Positions 61,134-64,000 of a stretch of DNA of 64,000 bases are shown piece after piece; position 1 is the first letter of the stretch; each line of letters starts with the position of its first letter. The translations under genes were made by a program, and so were the position numbers. The DNA lies in NCBI GenBank assembly GCA_035699205.1, contig DASSBA010000222.1, positions 33,988 through 97,987 on the forward strand, given 5' to 3'. Under the pieces are notes generated by a model that saw nothing but the letters and a program-made list of their open reading frames with translations, was not told where the DNA came from and made no database searches. Source of the DNA: Gemmatimonadales bacterium. Lineage in GTDB: Bacteria > Gemmatimonadota > Gemmatimonadetes > Gemmatimonadales > GWC2-71-9.

Positions 61134-62371
61134 CAGGCGAACAGCGTCCGCACCCGGCGCAGCCCGCGCGCGAGCGCGTCGATCTCCTCACGGGTGTTGT
61201 AGAACGCGAACGAGGCGCGGACGGTGGCCGGCACACCGAACCGGCGCATGACCGGCTGGGCACAGTGGTGTCCGGCGCGAACCGCGATCCCCTCGTCGTC
61301 GAGCACGGCGCTCACGTCGTGGGGGTGCACGCCGTCGACGACGAACGAGAGCACGCCGGCCTTCCGCCGCGCGGTGCCGACGAGCCGGAGGCCGTCCAGG
61401 TCGCCGACCTGCTCGGTTGCGTACGCCAGCAATTCGTCCTCCCGCGCGCCGATCGGGCCGAATCCGAGTGAGCCCACGTAGTCGAGCGCGGCACCGAGCC
61501 CGATGACCGCGGCGATCATCGGCGTGCCGGCCTCGAACCGCGCCGGCGGCCGGGCGAATGTGCTCCCCTCCAGCGTGACGGTTTCAATCATGTCGCCGCC
61601 GCCCTGCCACGGCGGCATCCGCTCAAGCAGCGCCTCCCGCCCGTACAGCACGCCGACCCCGGTCGGCCCGAACACCTTGTGCCCCGAGAAGGCCAGGAAG
61701 TCGCAGCCGAGCGCCTGGACGTCCACCGGCAGGTGCGGGGCGGCCTGGGCGCCGTCCACCAGCGTCACCACGCCATGCTCGCGCGCCCGCGCCACCAGCT
61801 CGCGAACCGGATTGATGGTGCCGAGCGCGTTGGAAATGTAAGTCAGCGCCAGCAGCCTGGTGCGGTCGGTGAGCAGCCGGTCGAAGGCGTCGAGATCGAG
61901 CTCGCCGGAATCGGTGATGGGGACGGCGCGCACCGAGGCTCCCGTCTGGCTGGCGAGCAGCTGCCACGGGACCAGATTCGAGTGGTGCTCCATCCCGGTG
62001 ACGAGAATCTCGTCCCCGGGCTGGACCGTACTGCGTCCCCAGCTCTGGGCGACGAGGTTGATCGCCTCGGTGGTCCCCCGGGTAAAGACGATCTCGCCGG
62101 GAGATGACGCGTTGAGGAACCGGGCGATCCGCCCCCGCACCGCCTCGTACGCTCCGGTGGCGCGTTCGCTCAGGAAGTGTACCCCGCGGTGAATATTCGC
62201 GTTCTCGGCCGAGTAGAACCGGCCGACCGCATCGATGACGCTCCGCGGCTTCTGGCTGGTGGCGGCATTGTCGAGGTAGACGAGGGGCTTGCCGCGCACC
62301 CGCTGCGAGAGGATCGGGAAATCCTTGCGCAGCTGCTCGACGTCGAGTCCCGCGGTTGCGGTGGCCGTCAT
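61133..62371 (-). CDS. sufS: cysteine desulfurase SufS
   Basis: Contains FSGHKVFGPTG (PLP lysine) and RAGHHCAQP (catalytic Cys). Confidence 0.9.
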   Translation of the reverse strand: MTATATAGLDVEQLRKDFPILSQRVRGKPLVYLDNAATSQKPRSVIDAVGRFYSAENANIHRGVHFLSERATGAYEAVRGRIARFLNASSPGEIVFTRGTTEAINLVAQSWGRSTVQPGDEILVTGMEHHSNLVPWQLLASQTGASVRAVPITDSGELDLDAFDRLLTDRTRLLALTYISNALGTINPVRELVARAREHGVVTLVDGAQAAPHLPVDVQALGCDFLAFSGHKVFGPTGVGVLYGREALLERMPPWQGGGDMIETVTLEGSTFARPPARFEAGTPMIAAVIGLGAALDYVGSLGFGPIGAREDELLAYATEQVGDLDGLRLVGTARRKAGVLSFVVDGVHPHDVSAVLDDEGIAVRAGHHCAQPVMRRFGVPATVRASFAFYNTREEIDALARGLRRVRTLFA

Positions 62372-62377
62372 GCCGGA

Positions 62378-63685
62378 TCAGAGGGTGCCCAGCCGCTCGA
62401 ACACCAGCCGGTCGAGCTCCTCCCGGACCGGCAGGAGCGCCACCTCGTCCACCACTTCCGCCGCGAAGGCGTAGGTGAGCAGGCGCTCCGCGGCGGCAGC
62501 CGGGAGGCCTCGGCTTCGGGCGTAGAAGCGTGCCAGATCGTCAAGCCGGCCGACCGTGGCGCCGTGAGTGCATTTCACGTCGTCGGCGAAGATCTCGAGC
62601 TGGGGCTTGGTGTCTACTCGGGCACCCTCGCTCAGGAGCAGGTTACGGTTGGTCTGCTTGGCGTCGGTCTTCTGCGCTTCGGGCTTGACGAACACCTTGC
62701 CATTGAACACGGCCCGCGAGCGCCCGTCCAGGATGCCCTTGTAGACCTCCCAGCTCCGGCAGTTCGGCCGGTCGTGGTAGATGGCGGTGTGATTGTCTGC
62801 CACCTGGTCGCCGCGGGTGAGGTAGAGCCCGTACATGAGAGACTCGATGTTCTCGTCGTTCAGCCGGACGTGCAGATTGTGCCGGGCGAGCGCCGCCCCC
62901 ATGTCGAACGCGAACGAGCGATAATGGCTGTCACGCTCCTGATCCACGTGGGTGAGTCCGATGTGGAACGCGCCCTCGCTCTCCCGCTGGATCCGGGTGT
63001 GTTCCACCCACGCGCCCGCGGCCACCGCCACCTCGGTCACCGGGTTGGTCCAGTAATTCTGGCCCGGTGCAACGGTCACGTAGCTCTCGATGATCGACGC
63101 CCGGGCGCCGCGGTCCACCACGATCAGGTTCCGCGGATGGGCGACCGTGCCGGCCGCGTCCGCGGTAGTGACATAGAGCAGGTGTACCGGCATTTCGAGG
63201 TCCACGCCGGCACCGATGTGCACGACACCACCGTCACGCAGGAAGGCGGTGTTGACCGCGGTGAACGGGCTCCCGTCCGCCGGCGCGTGGCGGGTGAGAT
63301 GGCGCTCGAGCAGGGCGCCGTCCGACCGCAGCGTCTCGGCCAGGCCGGCCACCCGCACGCCGGCCGGCAGCGGCCCCACCGAGCTCAGCGCCTCATGATG
63401 GACGCCGTTCACGTAGACGAGCGTGGTCCAGTCGGGGTGGCCGAAGAGGAACGGGGCCAGCTGCTCGCGATGCAGTCCCCCGGCGCCACCTGTGGCCGGA
63501 CGCCAACTGCCCTGGGCGATCGGGCCGATCGGGGTGAAGCGCCACTCTTCGTCCCGCGCGCCCGGAAAGCCGGTACGCGCGAAGCGCTCCATGGCGGAGC
63601 GGCGAATCGGCTCGAGCCACTCGGGCCCGTCCGCGGTGGCCGTCCCGGCCCGCGCCTCGAACTCCTGCACGAACGTCTCGGTCAT
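62378..63685 (-). CDS. sufD: Fe-S cluster assembly protein SufD
   Basis: ATG 63685 in an ATGA overlap with sufC. The C-terminal beta-helix region ([19 protein letters not shown]) is typical of SufD. Confidence 0.85.
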   Translation of the reverse strand: MTETFVQEFEARAGTATADGPEWLEPIRRSAMERFARTGFPGARDEEWRFTPIGPIAQGSWRPATGGAGGLHREQLAPFLFGHPDWTTLVYVNGVHHEALSSVGPLPAGVRVAGLAETLRSDGALLERHLTRHAPADGSPFTAVNTAFLRDGGVVHIGAGVDLEMPVHLLYVTTADAAGTVAHPRNLIVVDRGARASIIESYVTVAPGQNYWTNPVTEVAVAAGAWVEHTRIQRESEGAFHIGLTHVDQERDSHYRSFAFDMGAALARHNLHVRLNDENIESLMYGLYLTRGDQVADNHTAIYHDRPNCRSWEVYKGILDGRSRAVFNGKVFVKPEAQKTDAKQTNRNLLLSEGARVDTKPQLEIFADDVKCTHGATVGRLDDLARFYARSRGLPAAAAERLLTYAFAAEVVDEVALLPVREELDRLVFERLGTL

Positions 63686-64000
63686 GACGCCGCTCCCACC
63701 GCCTCCTCGAGCCATTCGTAACCCCGGGCCTCGAGCTCCAGCGCCAACTCCTTCCCGCCCGATTTGACGATCCGGCCGTTCGACAGCACGTGCACGTAGT
63801 CGGGCACGATGTAGTTGAGCAGGCGCTGATAGTGCGTCACCACGATGGCCGCGTTGTCCGGGCGGCGCAGCTTGTTCACGCCCGCCGCCACGATCCGCAG
63901 GGCGTCGATGTCGAGTCCCGAATCGGTCTCGTCGAGGATGGCGAGTTTCGGCTCGAGCACCGCCATCTGGAGAATCTCGTTGCGCTTCTTCTCGCCCCCG
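63682..64000 (-). CDS. sufC: Fe-S cluster assembly ATPase SufC (3' part; gene runs off the window end)
   Basis: [34 protein letters not shown]: the ABC signature/Walker B/D-loop region, and the characteristic SufC C-terminus. Confidence 0.9.
   Translation of the reverse strand, partial: GGEKKRNEILQMAVLEPKLAILDETDSGLDIDALRIVAAGVNKLRRPDNAAIVVTHYQRLLNYIVPDYVHVLSNGRIVKSGGKELALELEARGYEWLEEAVGAAS

Noticed and set aside
1-64000. A search for mobile elements, prophage, defence islands, toxin-antitoxin pairs, rRNA/tRNA genes and CRISPR arrays.
   Set aside because: No ORF shows transposase (DDE), integrase/recombinase, phage structural, restriction-modification, Cas or toxin-antitoxin signatures. No intergenic gap is long or structured enough for a tRNA or rRNA. 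The only low-GC stretches are short regulatory spacers. The window looks like core chromosome.

Overview
This is a very GC-rich, gene-dense bacterial chromosomal segment; third codon positions are almost always G or C. I can support about 69 protein-coding genes. I found no rRNA, tRNA or CRISPR array, and no transposase, integrase or phage gene. The lineage is probably a high-GC environmental one (Gemmatimonadota-like is only a guess from the gene and repeat style and cannot be verified here). Many neighbouring genes overlap by 1-11 nt (ATGA/GTGA junctions), so long operons are likely. The ORF track starts ORFs at ATG, GTG or TTG and runs them upstream wherever no stop occurs, so I re-derived many starts from the DNA.

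Gene content in order:
- zinc-ribbon protein, glgC, thiolase - SPFH - hbd
- DUF2231, DUF116, FAD-linked oxidase, thyX
- two Ddl-like ATP-grasp ligases + GNAT + lysine 2,3-aminomutase
- a broken RCC1-repeat gene, TPR/HD-GYP phosphodiesterase, peptide-type SBP
- stand-alone EF-G paralogue, MsbA-like ABC exporter
- a metal-uptake cluster (BFD-like ferredoxin, porin, ZnuA/ZnuB-like, no ATPase)
- triple-GAF protein, copZ - cupredoxin - copA - csoR
- class-V PLP enzyme - LOG - deoxyhypusine-synthase-like - MFS operon
- ndh - queG - dinB - small membrane proteins - VOC, AI-2E transporter, plsC
- BMP-family ABC importer with an embedded Nif3 gene
- bactofilin - M23 peptidase - parB - parA preceded by two parS sites, then mnmG
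- bacilliredoxin and sufU/S/D/C (sufC runs off the window end)

Most promising for undescribed biology:
1. The ATP-grasp x2 / GNAT / KamA cluster at 11.7-15.5 kb, a candidate pathway for a beta-lysine-derived peptide or solute. It has a terminator-like leader directly in front of it.
2. The PLP enzyme - LOG - DHS-like - MFS operon at 38.0-42.6 kb.
3. Intergenic hairpin elements built from inverted arrays of 7-8 nt tandem repeats, plus a GTCATCCCGAGCG...GGGATC palindromic (REP-like) unit. These sit exactly at gene boundaries; the largest is a 240-bp composite at 37.8-38.0 kb.
4. A duplicated gene tail flanking a small outer-membrane-like gene at 23.9-24.9 kb.

All family assignments come from motif and sequence recognition by eye. 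No database search was run.
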